Positions 63,940-64,000 of a stretch of DNA of 64,000 nt are shown here, piece by piece. Origin of the DNA: a virus. Under the pieces are notes generated by a model that had not been told where the DNA came from, did not search any database, and saw nothing but the letters and a program-made list of their open reading frames with translations. The stretch lies in the IMG/VR virus record IMGVR_UViG_3300045747_000058, positions 453 to 64,452 of that record; one strand, 5' to 3'. Position numbers and translations under genes: made by a program. Within the stretch, counting starts at the first letter, position 1, and each line of letters opens with the position of its first letter.

Positions 63940-64000
63940 ACTGGCAAGAATGGTTTGAAGTCAACAAAAAGTACATCTACGGTGCCGATGTTGATGCGTG
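63936..64000 (+). CDS. 5' part of a CDS running off the window
   Basis: GGAG RBS, ATGA overlap, MNWQEWFEVNKKYIYGADVDA... Confidence 0.55.
   Translation, partial: MNWQEWFEVNKKYIYGADVDA

Larger units (their letters stand above)
1..64000. mobile_element. Temperate tailed phage genome (podovirus-like), non-integrated form, incomplete at both window ends
   Basis: TerS/TerL, portal, scaffold, major capsid, lysis, replication and integrase genes throughout. No host housekeeping genes. attP is unrecombined. No tail-tube or tape-measure architecture recognised. Confidence 0.96.

Noticed and set aside
1-64000. Alternative genetic code or stop-codon readthrough
   Set aside because: All hallmark genes are full length and densely packed under code 11, and all three stops are used.

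Overview
The whole 64 kb window is one dsDNA tailed-phage genome. It is about 58-60% GC by eye, contains no host genes, and ORFs run off both ends. It is most likely a podovirus of a Beta- or Gammaproteobacterium. Plus strand 1-15.9 kb carries DNA metabolism genes: VWA/metallopeptidase, PD-(D/E)XK nuclease, SNF2-like helicase, family A DNA polymerase, SSB-like protein, 3'-5' exonuclease, VRR-NUC-like nuclease, ATP-dependent ligase, dimeric dUTPase, Xis and a tyrosine integrase. An intact attP follows (3' half of tRNA-Val(GAC), a terminator and paired TATGAC arm sites), so this is the non-integrated form of a temperate phage. Minus strand 54.3-16.1 kb carries terminases, a P22-type portal, scaffold, major capsid, adaptor, several fibre modules, three ejection-type proteins (one of 2838 aa with a gluzincin motif) and a lysis cassette. 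Plus strand 54.5-64 kb carries small early genes, an SF3 primase-helicase, a phosphoesterase and small hypotheticals. The least explained signals are non-coding. (1) A 13-bp asymmetric motif, ATC(T/G)AANCTCTAA-like, found at 8 sites and always oriented with local transcription (stoperator-like). (2) Two ~130-bp AT-rich elements 40 kb apart in inverted orientation, with near-identical box spacing. (3) A cassette-like early region whose gene leaders share hairpins, a TGTCTTTAAC box and an exact 28-bp repeat. All protein assignments come from motifs read by eye, not from database searches.
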